Source: Eledone cirrhosa (taxonomy: Eukaryota). Taken from it: 64,000 nt of DNA. Where the stretch lies: positions 183,644,001-183,708,000 of the forward strand of contig OZ024741.1 of assembly GCA_964016885.1 (NCBI GenBank), in the 5' to 3' direction. The position numbers and the translations under genes were made by a program. This document shows, in pieces, positions 25,425 to 39,760 of the stretch; position 1 is the stretch's first letter, and each line of letters begins with the position of its first letter. The notes below the pieces were generated by a model, which had not been told where the DNA came from, did not search any database, and saw only the letters and a list, made by a program, of their open reading frames with translations.

Positions 25425-28400
25425 GCTTTCTTTATTAACCACAAGGGTTTACACAAAGTAAGACATTAAGAACAATACAGGACGGTACAAATGGGCATTT
25501 CTGCGTGTAAAAAAACAAAAACAGAGGATGTAACAAAAAAGGAACAATGAAAAATTCCCCAATAGGGTGGAGACTTCCGAGGGCCATCGTGGAGAAAGCC
25601 CATTAAAAAAGCCATGGTGACCCTGACCACTAGGGCAAGTGCCCTCTCCCAGTTTTCCACCTTCAATTTACAGACACATACTCAGAGTATCAGCTATCTT
25701 TCAACAAATGCTGGGAAGAGAGCACTTCCCTCTCTACCCTGATTTTCCTTTTCAAATGAAATTTAAAAAAGTTAATCAGGGCATCACCGAAGAGGTAAGT
25801 GCTCGTCTTCAGCCCTTTCAAACGCGTCCACCATACTATCTCTTTCGCTATGGCCACCAGACAGATAAAAACTGCCTGCCCGTTCCGGCTAAAGGAGGAG
25901 GTTGGGGAAATCCTCACGATGGACTCAGCTGATAGCCGGATCTGTCCTACACGCGACAGCAGGTGTTCGTCATAAACCCACAAGTCAGCAATGCTCGGAC
26001 ACTGGACGAGTCCGTGCAGAACGGTTTCGTCACCCTGCGCGCATCTCGGACATGTCCGGCTGACGGCACTTCCATGCCTGTAAAGTTTATCCCGAACTGG
26101 CAAAGCTTCTCGGTAGCACTGCCAGGGATTTCTGGAAGTTGTCCATAGGCCCCGGCCCGCAAGTTCTTCCGAAGAGATTGGCTAGTTAATTTTCGTCGAT
26201 GCCTAGAGTTTCCCCAAGTACGTCGTCACTCTTCCCTTCCACTAATCCTCTATAGAACGCCAAGGTGGATTTTCCACCGTTCACATTGCTCGAATAGTCG
26301 AGGGCTGTGAGCGCTTGAAGATATTCCAGTCTCCAAGCGTTCCCTCTCGGTCTTCGCTTGACCCAGGACTGAAGCTCCGTCAAGGAGACGAGCTGGGGAA
26401 AGACGCTTCTAGCAAACGGCGACCACACCTGATCACCGTCGAGGAAGAGGTGGAGATGTCGTAGCCTGAGTGCGTGTCTGCTCATCATCAGCCGCGGCAT
26501 GCCCAGCTCTCCACGTAGCGGGTGTTGACAGCAGATGGACCGCTTGACCATCGGAGCGCGTCCCTTCCACAAAAAGCAGTCAGGTGAGGCTTAGGACAAG
26601 GCACGACGGTCAGGCGGTAGCAGATGACGGACGCGATGTACGCATTCGCCACCACCGCTCGACCTTTCAGGGATAGCTTCCTCTCTGCCCATTTCTGGGT
26701 GAGAGAAGCCACCCTTCTAGTCTCCTCGTCCCAGTTTTTGTTCGCCTGGAGGTCCTGACCGAACCAGACCCCTAGCAATTTAACCGGTCCGTCCGTCCAG
26801 CGTCCGGCGACGCTGTTGTACGGCATGGACCTGCCTCTCCAGGTGCCGAAACTGGTTGATCATTGCACCTGTCACCGCCTCGTATTCTCTTTGTGTAGTG
26901 CTGATCGCCTCGATGTGTTTGGCGTTCGCACCACTACGGTGATATCGTCAGCATATGCTGACACGGATCTTCCGCGTCCTAGTTCGCGCGGAACCCCCTC
27001 AACGTCTCCAGTTTGTGCAGTAATGGCTCGAGAGTCAATAGGTACAATAGGGACGAGAGGGGACATCCTTGGCGGACCGAGCGCATGATGTTGAACGGTT
27101 CCGAAAGGTGACCGTTCACTCTCACCACAGAGAAGATGTCGCTGTGCATGGCAGCGATCCAGCCTTTGAAGACGGGCCCAAAGTCAGCCGCCCTCAGGAC
27201 TGCCGCCAGATAACGATGGCCAACCCTATCGAAAGCTTTCGACTGATCTAAATTGATTAAGGACCCACCCGTGCCAGGTTCCCTAGCTACCCTCTCCACG
27301 ATGTAACGCATGAGGTGGAGGTAGTCGTGGATGGATCTGTCGGGAATGGCGCACGTCTGCGCCTCTCCCACCAGACCACCAACGACAAGCTCTAACCTCT
27401 TTGCTAGCACCTTGGCCAAATTCCTGAACTCTGTGTTTAGCAGAGTTATGGGCCTGATATTATCTATGTTATCCCCCTTGTTCGGATCCTTTCTCAGCAG
27501 CGCCACCGCTCCTCGGCTCACAGAGCTGGGAATTCTCCCGTTCTGTTGCCAGTTGCAGTAGACGTCTGCCAAGAGGCCTCCGAACAAGTCTGGCATGCGT
27601 ACGTAAAGTTCATAGGGCAGACAATCCAAACCAGGCGATTTACCCCTTGTGCAGTCATTGCCTCCCATACTTCAGCGGCTGTTATCGGCTTTTCGCAATA
27701 CTCCGCCTCAGTGGCTGAGAGTCGCGGCAGTCCGTCGAGGTAGGCACTAAAGTCCATCCCTCGATCCGGCCCATCACTGCCCCCGAACAGCTGAGCGAAA
27801 TGTCGCTGAAAAGCTTCACACATTTGCCCGGGATCGACTAGCATGCGCCCGTTGTGGTCCACCAAAGACCAGATCGTGGCTTTGTTGTCACGACGCGCCT
27901 CCGCCACTCGGGCTCATTGAACGGCTTTTGTCCCCTCGTGTCTGAGAGCACGCTCCTTAGCTCTGACAACGCAGCCTTCGTGCTTTGCATTGAAGAATTG
28001 GTCAAGGGCCAATTTCGCCGCAAGTACTTTCGGTCACGATGTCTTTACTAAGCGCCTCGTCTAATTTTCTAACTAGTTCTTCCTCTGCTTTATTTTTCTC
28101 TATTGCTAAAGCCTTACTAAACCTAATGGACTCTATTCTAATCGCTCTTTTCAGAGCAAACCACCATTTGTTGTTGACGATGGCCCCTGTCAACGCCCAC
28201 TTAACTAGTTCGCTAATTCGGTCTCTGTAGGCCTTGCATGCTGTTAATGACACGTTTAGCTTCCAGTAGCCGGGTCCCTGTCTATGAAGCCTATCTAAGT
28301 CAACCACACAGATCACGAATTTGTGGTCCGTGTAGTCGACTATTTTGAAATGTGGGCAGCCTATGCTAGACCTAACTATTTCCCTACAAAATACCCTATC

Positions 28401-30582
28401 TAGATATGATCTGGATGACCCGATGCGGTTTGTCCTTGTCCACATTGGCACATTCGGGAAATCCAATCGGTACCTGTCAGACATTTGAAACCGTCTGAGC
28501 AGGTTTGCGAGGCTTTTACACCCTCCTCCCATATCTGCTAATCCCACAGTCTCAGCGTCCATCTAAGATCCCGTTCCAGTCGCCAACTAACACTAAAGAG
28601 CGGGACGTTCCAAGAAAGGTCTCCAGACGCCGGAAGAAATCACCGATTGTGGCTTCCTCCGGAAGGATATCCTTATAAATCCTCCCGGAGAGTGCTTGTC
28701 GGAAGTCTCTCGATGTCCTTGGGGAATTTTTGTTTTAGTGTCGTGTACGTTTTCTGTGTGATGCGAGTGATTTGTATGTGTGGAGGTGGTGTGGATTTTG
28801 GGGGTGAATTTGTGTAGTCTTTTTCTGTGATGCTGGTGTTGTGGTGAATGTAGTGTAATAATTGGTTGTTGTTCAAATTTAATGCTGTGTAGTGTGTATC
28901 GTTTTAGTTGTTTTGTTTTGTTTGCGTTTGTTGTGGGTTTGTTTCTGTTTCGCTTGGTGATTTTTGCGGTGTTGGTGATGGTGGTGTTGGGGTTAATGAT
29001 GGTGATGGTGTTGTTGTTATTTGTGGTGATGGGTTTTGGCTGTGGCGTGGTGGATGGTGGAGGCGCTGGTGCCAATTCTGGCGCGGTGGGTGGTGGCGGT
29101 GGTGGTGTTGGTCTTGCTACTGTTGCTGTTGCAGTTGCTTCAGTTGTTGCTGCCATTTCTACTGCTGGTTTTGATTGTTGAGTCACTGTGTGGGTAGGAG
29201 AGGTGGCTTCAACTTTTTAGCCTGAGGGCAGAAAGCCTTTAGATGAGTTCCTTCGCCACAAACAACACACCTCGGCCTTCTACCCTCAAGGTGAGGTGGC
29301 TGCCGTCATTGAGGTCTATCACCTCTGGAATTTCCTCTATGTTTTGGGGGTCCGCTTGGCTCAGGAGTTCCATCCCAGATCCGGACCAGTTCTCCTGCTT
29401 TTCTTTTGTTACTTCAATTACTTTAGTGTTGGCTTCGATGTCGGTGCCGACGGCAGCCATTAGCCAGGGAATTTCGATGGCCGGCGCAACGTGGGTCACC
29501 CTGATCTTCACGAGTCTCTGACCACAATAGCTTGGGACGAGTGTGAACTCGTCACTTCTTAATGGGGCCATGGAGTTCTCTCTGGTTTCCTATGGGGTTC
29601 CAAAGAACACGTCCACGGTTTCATATTTCTGCCCACGTCTGATGTGGGTTTTTTTCGCCCACACAAGATTTTTGTATCTGGGACTCGGATGCCCGTTCCA
29701 CTCATGATGCCCGTTCATCCATGATTTTGTGTTTATCGTCCGATATGACACGGTGCATAGGCGCCGAAGCTCCATTTTATTAGATGGTGTAGATGGGTGG
29801 GGATGGGGGTGGGGGGCTGACCCTGTACCCATCTTTTTTTATCATTCGCTTGGCTTCATTCAATTCATCCTGGCTTACCTCGATTGTTTCGCTTTTCTTG
29901 GCTGCTTTCGCAAACGACACATTTTGTTTTTCGCTGCTGTTGATGTTGTTGTTGTTATTCTCATTCTTGCTGTTGTTGCTGTTGTTGTTATTGTTATTTT
30001 TGTTATTGTTATTTTTAGTTTCAGTTGTGGTGGTGGTGTCAGTGGTGTTCGGCGTGGAAGAGTCGATTTTGGGTGAATCCATTTCGATGTTACGAGATAA
30101 TAATTTATTTTGTTTCTGTTGTCGCTGTGGTGGTGGTGGTGGTATCAGTGGTGTTGGTTGTTCTTTTTGACATTGTGGTAGTGGGGGTGGCGGCTTTAAC
30201 ACCTGTAATTATAGGTAATGGCGGGAAATCCATGTCTTTATGCGGCAAATCTAAATAATTGAGACTGATATTAATTATATTTTCAGTGTTGTCAACCGTG
30301 TCAAGGTTTACAATGGTGGTGGTGGTGGGGGATGTTAGTCTGTTAAAAACACGAGATTTGTCGTCTACGTTTTTTTAAAAGAAATATTTTGTTTGATAAA
30401 TAAAAAGTTTATATTTTGGGCTCAAGGCCCCAATATTATTGAGTGTCCTTTTCAGAAAGCAATACATGTGAACTTATAAACACTTAACAACAAACATTTT
30501 CCATAACTGGCAATTTGAAACAGCTGAAAACAAAAAAACCTTTGTGGAGCTCACGATAACACGATTTCCTACGTAGGTCGCC
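25425..30582 (-). mobile_element. Tx1/L1-clade LINE copy B, near full length, decayed (ORF1 with CCHC knuckle; ORF2 APE-RT-zinc finger)
   Basis: ORF1 ~28680-30250 incl. CVVCGEGTHLKAFCP; APE RSYLDRVF, YTDHKFV, GPGYWKLN; RT GKSPGLD, RPITLLN, LDQSKAFDRV, VRQGCPLS, SAYADD, LLGVWFG; CPRCAQGDETVLHGLVQCP; frameshifts; deletion across the ORF1/ORF2 junction. Confidence 0.93.
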
Positions 30583-30600
30583 AATAATAATAATAATAAT

Positions 30601-32387
30601 GATTTCTTTATTGGCCACAAGGGCTGACATCAAGAAAAAAACATTACAGACGGCACAGGACGGTACAGGACGGTACGATGTGGGTTTTGTGCGTGTAAAG
30701 ATTTTTATTATTTATATAAGAAAAGAAAAAAAAGACATAGAAACATATATATATATAAACAATAAAAATGAAAATTGAAACAATGAAAAATTCCCCAATA
30801 GGCGGGAAACCTCTGAGGGTTACTCGTGGCGAAAGCCACACAGAAGACCACGGCCACCCTGACCACCAGGGCAAGCGCCCTCTCTCAACTTTTCCATTTC
30901 TCAAACTACAGGCGTATATTCAGAGCGAACCCGTTCACTCGGACCATTCTCGCTACATTCACCCACCTTTCAACAAACTTGCTATAAGGCAGCACTTGCC
31001 TCTCCACCCTGATTTTCCTCTTCAAGTGAAACTTGAAAAAGTTAATTAGGGATTCGCCGAAGACGAAAGTATCTGTATTTAACCCTTTCAACCTTGTCCA
31101 CCGCTCAATCTCTTTCGCCATGGCCACCAGGCAGATGAAAACCGCCTGCCCTCCCTCCTCGAAGGAAGACGGCGAGACCATCTGCACAATTGACTCAGCA
31201 GTCGATAACCGGATCGGTCCTACACGCGACAGAAACCGTTCGACATAGCTTCACAAGTCAGCAATGCTCGGGCACTGAACGAGTGCGTGCACGACGGTTT
31301 CGTCGCTCTGCGCGCATCTCGGACAGGCTCGGCTTACGGCACTTCCGTGCCTGTAGAGCTTATCTCGAACCGGCAACGCTCCCCGGTAGCACTGCCAGAC
31401 CAGGGATTTTTGGAAGTTATCCATAGTCCCTGGGCTGAAAGTTCTCTGGAGGAGAGCAAACAGCTGATTGTCTTCGGCACCCAAGACCTCTCCGAGAATG
31501 TCGTCACTCTTCCCCTCCACTAGTCCTCTATAGAACGCCGAGGTGGATGTTCCACCGATACTGGTACCCAGCTGGCAGAGGGCAGTGAGCGCCTGGAGAC
31601 ATTCCAGTTTCCAAGTGCAATCCCTGGGTTTTTTCCTGACCCAGGACTGCAGCTCCGTCAAGGAGACGAGCTGTGGGAAAACGTTCCTGGCGAACGACGA
31701 CCACACCTGTTCACCGTCAAGGAAGCACCAGAGATGTCGCAGCCTCAGCGCATGTTTGCGCATCATCAGCCATTGCATGCCCAGTCCTTCACGCAACGGG
31801 TGTTGACAGCAGATGGATCGTCTGACCATGGGAGCGCGTCCCTTTCACAAAAAGCGGAAGAGAAGGCGCTCCATTTTGGTGAGAGTTGGGCCGGGGCAAG
31901 GGACGACGGTGAGGCGGTAGCAGATGACGGATGCGATGTACGCATTCGCCACCTCCACCCGGCCTTTCAGGGACAGCTTCCTCTCAGCCAATTTCTGGGT
32001 GAGAGAGGCCACCTTGCTCGTTACCTCGCTCCAGTTTTTCCCATCTGAAGGTCCAGTCCGAACCAGACCCCGAGCAATTTAACCGTTCCGTCCATCCAAC
32101 GCCCCACGACGCTGTTGGGCGGCATGGACTTGCCTCTCCATGAGCCGAGCTGCAAGCCCACCGACTTTTCCTGGTTTATCTTTGCTCCTGTCACCGCTTC
32201 GTATTCCTTGAGAGCGGTGCCGAGAATCTGGGCGTGTTTGGTGCTCGACACCACCACGGTGATGATGTCGGCGCAAGCCGACTCGGGTTTCCCGCATCCT
32301 AGTTCGCGTGGGACGCCCCTCATCGCCCCAGTTTGTAACGGCTCGAGAGCCAATACGTACAAGAGGGACGAGAGGGGACAACCCTGA
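30601..32387 (-). mobile_element. Tx1/L1-clade LINE copy C, 5'-truncated inside RT
   Basis: Begins at QGCPLSSLLYVLALEP, continues through GLGM..W and CPRCAQSDETVVHALVQCP to the 3'UTR; (TAA)n at both ends. Confidence 0.92.
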
Positions 32388-32397
32388 TAATAATAAT

Positions 32398-32442
32398 TGT
32401 TTTTACTTTTGGCACAAGACCAGCAATTACCCAGTACATTGC
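32398..32442 (-). mobile_element. 3'-terminal fragment of SINE family A
   Basis: TGTTTTTACTTTTGGCACAAGACCAGCAATTACCCAGTACATT matches the SINE 3' end; embedded in (TAA)n. Confidence 0.8.
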
Positions 32443-32470
32443 TAATAATCATAATAATAATAATAATAAT

Positions 32471-35400
32471 GGTTTCTTTATTGGCCACAAGGGTTAACAT
32501 GAAGAAAAACATTAGAGACCGTACAGAAAGGTACAGGACGATACAAAGTGGGTTTTGGTCGTGTAAAAAAGGTTATAACAAGAAGATAGAAATATAAAAA
32601 AAAAAATCAAACAACAAAGATTCCCCAGTAGCGGAGAAACCTCCGAGGGTCACTCGTGACGAAAACCACACAAAGGACCACGGCCACCCTGACAACCAGG
32701 GCAAGCGCCCTCTCTCAGTTTTCCCCTCCTCAGTCTACAGGCGCATACCCAGAGCGGGCCCGTTCACTCGGACCAGACTCGCTACATTCACCCACCTTTC
32801 AACAAACTTACTAGAAGACAACACTTGCCTCTCCACCCTGATTTTCCTCTTCAAGTGAAATTTGAAAAAGTTAATCAGGTATTCGCCGAAGAGGGAAGTG
32901 TCTGTCTTCAATCCTTTCAACCTTGTCCACCATACAATCTCTTTCGCCATGGCCACCAGGAAGATAAAAACTGCCTGCCCTTCCTCCTCCTTAAAGGAGG
33001 ACGGCGGGGCTATATGTACAATGGACTCAGTCGATAACCGGATCCGTCCTACACGTGGCAGCAAATGTTCGACATAGCTCGACAAGTCAGCACTGAACGA
33101 GTGCGTGCACAACGGTTTCGTCGCTCTGTCCGCATCTCGGACAGATTCGTCTGACGGCACTTCCGTGCCTGTAGAGCTTATCTCGAACCGGCAACGCTCC
33201 CCGGTAGCACTGCCAGGCCAGGGATTTCTGGGAGTTTTCCATAGGCCCCGGGCTGAAAGTTCTCTTGAAGAGAGCGAACAGCTAATCGTCTTCGACGCCC
33301 AGAGTCTCCCCGAGAACGTCGTCACTCTTCCCTTCCACTAGTCCTCTATAGAACGCCGAGGTAGATGTTCCACCGATATTAGTGCCCAGCTGGTAGAAGG
33401 CTGTGAGTGCTTGGACGCATTCAAGCTACCAAGCGCTATCCCTCGGTCTTTTCCTGATCCAGGACTGCAGCTCCGTTAATGAGACGAGCTGGGGAAAAAC
33501 ACCCCTGTTCACAGTCAAGGAAGCACCAGAGATGTCGCAGCCTCAGCGCGTGTTTGCGCATCATCAGCCACGGCATGCCCAGCCCTCCACGCAACGGGTG
33601 CTGACAGCAGATGGATCGTCTGACCATGGGAGCACGTCCCTTCCATAAAAAGCGGAAGAGAAGGCGCTCCATTTTTGGCCGGGCAAGGCACAACGGTTAG
33701 GCGGTAGCAGATGACGGATGCGATGAACGCATTGGCCTCCTCTGCCCGACCTTTCAGGTGAGAGAGGCCACCCTGTTCGTCATCTCGCTCTAGTTTTTCT
33801 CCATCTGGAGGTCCGGACCGAACCAGACCCCGAGCAATTTAACCGGTCCTTCCGTTCAGCGCCCCACGAGGCTGTTGTGTGACACGGATTTGCCTCTCCA
33901 GGTGCCGAGCTGCAAGCCCACCTTCTTTTCCTGGTTTAACTTTGATCCTGTCACTGCCTCATATTCCTTGAGAACGGTGCCGAGAATCTGGACATGTCCG
34001 GCGATTGACACCACCACGGTGACGTCGTCGGCGTAAGCCGATACGTATCTCCCACATCCCAGTTCTCGTGGGACGTCTCTCATCGCCTCCAATTTATGCA
34101 GTAACGGTTCTAAGGCCAATACGTACAAGAGTGACGAGAGGGGACAACCCTGACGGACCGAGCGCATGTCTGGAATGGCGCATGTCTGCGCCTCTCCTGC
34201 CAGATTACCGACGACAAGCGCCAATCTCGTTACTAACACCTTGGCCAAAATCGTGAAATCTGTGTTTAACAGATTTATGGGCCTGAAGTTGTATATAACA
34301 CCCCCTTTGTTCGGGTCTTTTCTCAACAGCATCACCGCTCCCCGGCTCACAAAACTGGGAATGCTCCCGTTCTGCTGCCAGTTGCAGTAGACGTCTGCCA
34401 AGAGTTCGCCAAACAAGTCTAGCATGTACGCATAAAGCTCATAGGGCAGACCATGCAAACCTGGCGATTTACCTCTCGGGAAGTCAGACATCGCTTCCCG
34501 TATTTCACCTGCTGTTATCGGCTTTTCGCAATACTGCACTGGGGACGTCGAGAGCTGCGGCAGTCCCTCGAGGTATACTTTGATCTGGCCCGCCGCCGCC
34601 GCTCCCAAAACAGTTGAACAAAGTGCTGCTGAAAAGCCTCACACATCTACTCGGGTTCGAGTAACATGTGCCCGTTTTGATCAGGCAAGGATTGAATTGT
34701 GGCTTTGTGCCACGTCGCGCATCCACGACCCGGGCCCATTGGACAGCTTTTGTCCCCTTTTGTCACAGAACACGCGCTCTAGCTCTGACAACACAGTCTT
34801 TGTGCTTTGCATTGAAGAATTGGTCGAGTGCCAATCTTGCCGCAAGCACGTCGGTTGCGATCTCTGTCCTAAATGCCTCTTCTAGCTTTCTAACTAGCTC
34901 TTCTTCTACTCTATTTTCTTCTATCTTTACTCCTTTGCTAAACCTTATTGATTCTACTCTAATAGCCCTTTTCAGGGTAAATCACCACCTGTTGTTGACG
35001 ATCGCACTCGTCAACGCACGCTTAACTAATTCGCTTATCCGGTCTCTGTAAAGTTTGCGCGCCGGGAAAGACGCGTTCAGCTTCCAGTAACCGGGTCCTT
35101 GCCTATGAAGTCTATCTAAGTCGACTTCACAGATCACAAATTTGTGGTCCCTGTAGCCGACTACTTTAAATTGTGGACAACCTACACTAGCCTTATCTGT
35201 TTCCCTACACAATACCCTATCTAGATATTATCTGGATGACCCGATGCGGTTTGCCCATGTCCACATTGGCACATTGGGATAATCCAGTCGATACCTGTCA
35301 GATAGTTGAAAACGTCTGAGCATGTTGGTGAAGCTTTTACATCCTCCTCCCTTATTTACTAGCCCCACATAATCCAAGCGTGCATCTTAGATACCATTCT

Positions 35401-37189
35401 ACTCACCCACTAACACTAAAGAGCGGGACGTTCCAAGAAAGGTCTCTAAACGTCTGAAGAAATCTTTCCGTCCTGCCTCTGTTGGGGCGTAGACGGCTAC
35501 TAGCCTGAAAGCATTGCCTTCGGCCCTGCTTCAAAGATGACCCCAGGCCGCGTACATTTATACTGTCTATTCTAAGTACGGCCATGTTGGGTGAGGAATG
35601 GAGTAAGTGAGAAAGGATCACCTACCCTGATCGTGTGGGAAAGGGACAGTTGAACCGTCCCTTTGGCTGGTTATGGGTGTCTCCAAGATGATGTCGATGT
35701 ATATCCTTTTGGTAACTGACCCTCTGAAGTCTCCAACTGCGTTGGGGAATTTAAATGTTTATAATGTTCTATTTTAATTTCAATAATGTTTATATTTTTA
35801 GGGAGAGTTCTTGGTGTTGGTGCGGTGTAGTAATTTTTGTCCGTAATGTCTGTGTGCTGCTTTATATGTTCTAACAGTTCTTTATTTGCCATGTTTATGG
35901 CTGTGTAATGTTTTTTGGGTGGTTTGGTTTTGTTGCTGTTTTCTTGTTGCTGCTGTTGGGTATGTTTGTCTTGTGTTTGCGATGTTGACGTTTGTGATGA
36001 TGCTGGTGGTGGTGGTGTGGTGGTTGTTGGTGGTGATGTTGGTGGTGTTGCTGCGAGTCGCATTGCAGCCTTTTCCCCTCTTTGTTTGCCTTCGCTTTTG
36101 GAGGGTGAATCTAAGGGTTTTTTTGTTTGTTGTTTTTTGTGGCAGACCGTTTGCCACTTCACTCCCACCTCAGACTCCATGTCGGATTCCGTGGCGTCTG
36201 GGAGGGTATGTGCTCCACAGCTGTTGGTGGTGGTAGTGGAGCCCCCTACGGTGATTTTGTTGCTGGTGCAGCTACTGCAAATGTAGCTACTGGTGTTGCC
36301 GCCACTGCTGCTGCTGTTTTAGTTGTCCGTGGCCTTGGTACGGGTGCCACGGACGTTGCCCTTCTACTCACCGTTGAAGGGGCTTCTGCGTTTGTTGCCT
36401 GCTCTGCTCTTGGTAGCAGCGGACCAGGCATTGGAAGGAGGGGGCCATCTTCTTCGCTGTCTTCTGCGGGCAAAAGGCCACGAGGTGACCCTTTGACCCA
36501 CAGAGATAACATTTTGGCCGTCTTCCTTCCACGCTTATAGGGAGTTGGAGTCCTTCCTCCAGGTCTATGATATCGGGGATAGCCTCGATATACTGCTGGT
36601 CAGTTTGTATAAGCATTTTCATGCCTATACCTGACAAGTTCTCTCTCCCTATTTTCTCTACTTGCAGCATGGTCGTCCCGTCCTCGATTCCAGCAAGGAC
36701 AGACGCTGCCAGCCAAGGTATGGGTACGTCGGGTGGGACCTGGGTCACTTTGACCCTCACAATTTTCTGCTCGCAGTAGGAGGGCACCAAGACTATCTCC
36801 TCATTCTTTAGGGTTTCCAAAGAGTGAGACTTCGCCTCTTGGTGGGTAGCTAAAAAGTACGTCTACTGTGGCGTACTTTCTGCCTCGGGTGATGTGGGCT
36901 TTGCGCGCCCAGACGCACCCCAAGGCCTTTTGGATTTGAGCCTCCGTGGCTCTCCTCACCCGATGTGACATTTAGCTTACGGTGCGGTAAGTCACCGTCC
37001 GTAGCTGTTGGTCCTTGAAAAAATCGGGTGGAGGTTTCAGGGAAACTCTACTGGCATTTCTTGTCACCATGGCTCTTGCGACTGCCATCTCCTCCTATGT
37101 GACTAGCACTGTTTCGATATTTCTGGCCACACCAGAAAAAGAAGTGGCCTCTTTTTCAGCGGCACCACTATTGCTGCCGCTACTGCTCT
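32471..37189 (-). mobile_element. Tx1/L1-clade LINE copy D, near full length, decayed
   Basis: ORF1 ends at 35671 and has CYLCGSKGHLVAFCP; ORF2 starts MAVLRIDSINVRGLG at 35585; GPGYWKLN, GKSPGLHGLPYE, RQGCPLS, SAYADD; internal deletions in APE and RT. Confidence 0.93.
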
Positions 37190-37216
37190 AATAATAATAA
37201 TAATAATAATAATAAT

Positions 37217-37405
37217 TGTCAGCAATTTGAGGGGAAGGGAAAATCGATTAAATCGACCCGTGTATTAGTGGTGCTTTATTTTTATCGACCCTGTAAGGAT
37301 GAATGGCAAAGCTAATCTCGTCGGGATTTGTATTCCGAACGTAAAGGGCCATAACCTATGCTGCACAGCATGGTGTCTGTCACTCTATCGATACTGTCAT
37401 TCCAC
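37217..37405 (-). mobile_element. CORE-type SINE (family A, longer variant, diverged)
   Basis: TTTATCGACCCTGTAAGGATGAATGGCAAAG body; flanked by (TAA)n. Confidence 0.85.
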
Positions 37406-38159
37406 AATAATAATAAGAGTTTGGTGCCCAGGGGAGATCAAATGTAGACACCTAATTCCCCAATGAATGCAAGTGTTTCTGCCAGAGGAGCTACCTCCAG
37501 AGCTGGAATCCAAATAATTAGCATCCTAGGCTAGCTCTACAATGTGCATTCCATCCCACAGCTACGCGCCCCATTATCCTAAATATAATTATTTCAACTT
37601 ACAGTTTGATAAGTTGACGAACCTAGCTTTTGACACTTTTTGCGCTGCATTTTCTTCTACACAGTCTCCATTCATCAACGCCAAATTATGTGACAAGTCA
37701 CAACACCCTACGAACATCTACACCGCTTTGGATATTACCATTAATCTGCTACGTGATATATATGTTTAGTGATTTATTTATTGATCAGGGAAATTACATA
37801 CTAAATTTATTTATACAAATTTGTATAAAATTGTGATCCATTAAGGTTAAGTATTGCACTTTTCTGAGGTCTGCGCTATAGGTGGCTGCCTGGTTGGCCT
37901 TAATGGTAGCACAGGCCATGGCTGCTGCCTTCAAAATGTTTAGTTATATCAATAAACAAATTAAAGCATTAAGAAATTATGAAAATCTCAGTAAAAGAAT
38001 CACAAAATGAAATTTAACTATCGTTTATAATTCTTAAGATCTTGTTGGATAATCTTAGTCTTTCAGAAAACTGTGGAGGAATAAGTCACGAAATCGATGA
38101 AATGCATAAAAAAACTGCAATGTATGTGTGCAGTGTTTGTGTTCAGCATTGGTCAATAA

Positions 38160-38390
38160 AAAATATTGAACGAATTAGGGCTCGAACTCTGTCTCTTCCA
38201 GCATACTCACCGGACCTTTTATCAACCGACTACTACTTTTTCAAGCATTTCGACAACTTTTTGTAAGCAATACAATTTTCAACAACCAAACACCCTTCGA
38301 AGAATTCATTGCTTCCAGAACTTCAGAATTCTATGGTATCTGAATAAGTAAATTTGTATCTTGCTGGCAAACATTTGGAAATTCTAATGC
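38160..38390 (+). pseudogene. Mariner (Tc1/mariner) transposase C-terminal fragment
   Basis: LPAYSPDLLSTDYYFFKHFDNFL matches the mariner YSPDLAPxDY(H/Y)xF motif; followed by FEEFIASRTSEFY..SCWQ in another frame; stops present. Confidence 0.85.
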
Positions 38391-38999
38391 CATGTGGTGG
38401 TGTGTTAAACTAATTCTACTATCCAAGAACAGAAATGGTCTGACAGATACCCATCCACACAGTGTATTCTGATTTTAAGATTAAAGTTTTAAAAACTCGT
38501 ATCAATTTCTGAACAACCTGGTATTTCTAATTCTGAACAGATTCTTGCGAACATTTATAGTATTAGATTAACCTCTATAATGTTTAATGTAATGCATTAA
38601 TTGATGCCTAAGCAAGGTTGTTAAGTAATTACAAAATAATTAAAACTCAAGTGCACTAAAATATTATGTAAAGAAAAAAAATGTTAATAATAAAGGCAAT
38701 GCAATTAGTAACAGACATTGTCATCACAAAATATCTTCAAAGAAAATATTCCCATCATTTATTAAATTATCTATCTTCGTCGTCATTGACAACATGGGCT
38801 GCCAGCCATTTTAAATGTTCATGATGAAAATGTTCAGAAAAATCTATAAAATATAACATATTTTACTTTTAAATTATAACCAGGTGTTGTTGGAAAACAT
38901 AGAAGGCAATTATAGAGTTCGTTACTTACAATCAATGAAAACATTTTTTCAAGAGGTGGTTTGCAAATATGGCTTGTTCTGGTTATATACGGTAACATG

Positions 39000-39155
<156 letters not shown>

Positions 39156-39559
39156 TGTATAGATTTGAACACATTTTTGTGAACATTTGGACGTTCGGTG
39201 TCGACCCATCATAACGTAACATATCGGATATTTATCGGTCCAATACGTCACCAGGATTATGAAATTCTTGAGCAAGCCATTGGTTGAAGGCGTATCTGCT
39301 AGAATTACGAACTTAACGGCCAACAGACATATCCAGAAATACGCATAACGGCAGTACATCTAATAAATTAAAATACAAAAAAAGCAGCACCCTGTCTTCA
39401 TATTCATGCATACACCAATACTCAGTTTTGTACAGGGTTATATGAACCCTACATCATAGTTCTACATGCTATGGTACAACTGACGTGAAGATATTAATCT
39501 CCTGTTTACATTTGAATTACTTGATTAAAGTACTGCACTAATAATTAATTAATCATTTA

Positions 39560-39760
39560 AATAAAAGCAACTATATAAGTTACACTGGGAGATCCTAGTT
39601 AAGGCTAGATCGTATAACGCAAATAAAAGACCATGTGACCTCTGCGCCGCTGAGGCCCTGGAAATACTCTACGCCAAAGACCACATCTTAAACAAAAAAT
39701 CTGAGGCAATTTCGGCTTGTAAACATAAATTGCACAAAACTTTCCTGTATTATAGCCCCA
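39560..39760 (+). mobile_element. Penelope-like element, extreme C-terminal fragment
   Basis: RPCDLCAAEALEILYAKDHILNKKSEAISACKHK parallels the CxLC..E..I...LNxxxE..xC.H tail of the PLE at 2750-3812. Confidence 0.7.

Noticed and set aside
28882-36540. Plus-strand ORFs across the LINE cluster
   Set aside because: Antisense shadows of Tx1 ORF1/ORF2
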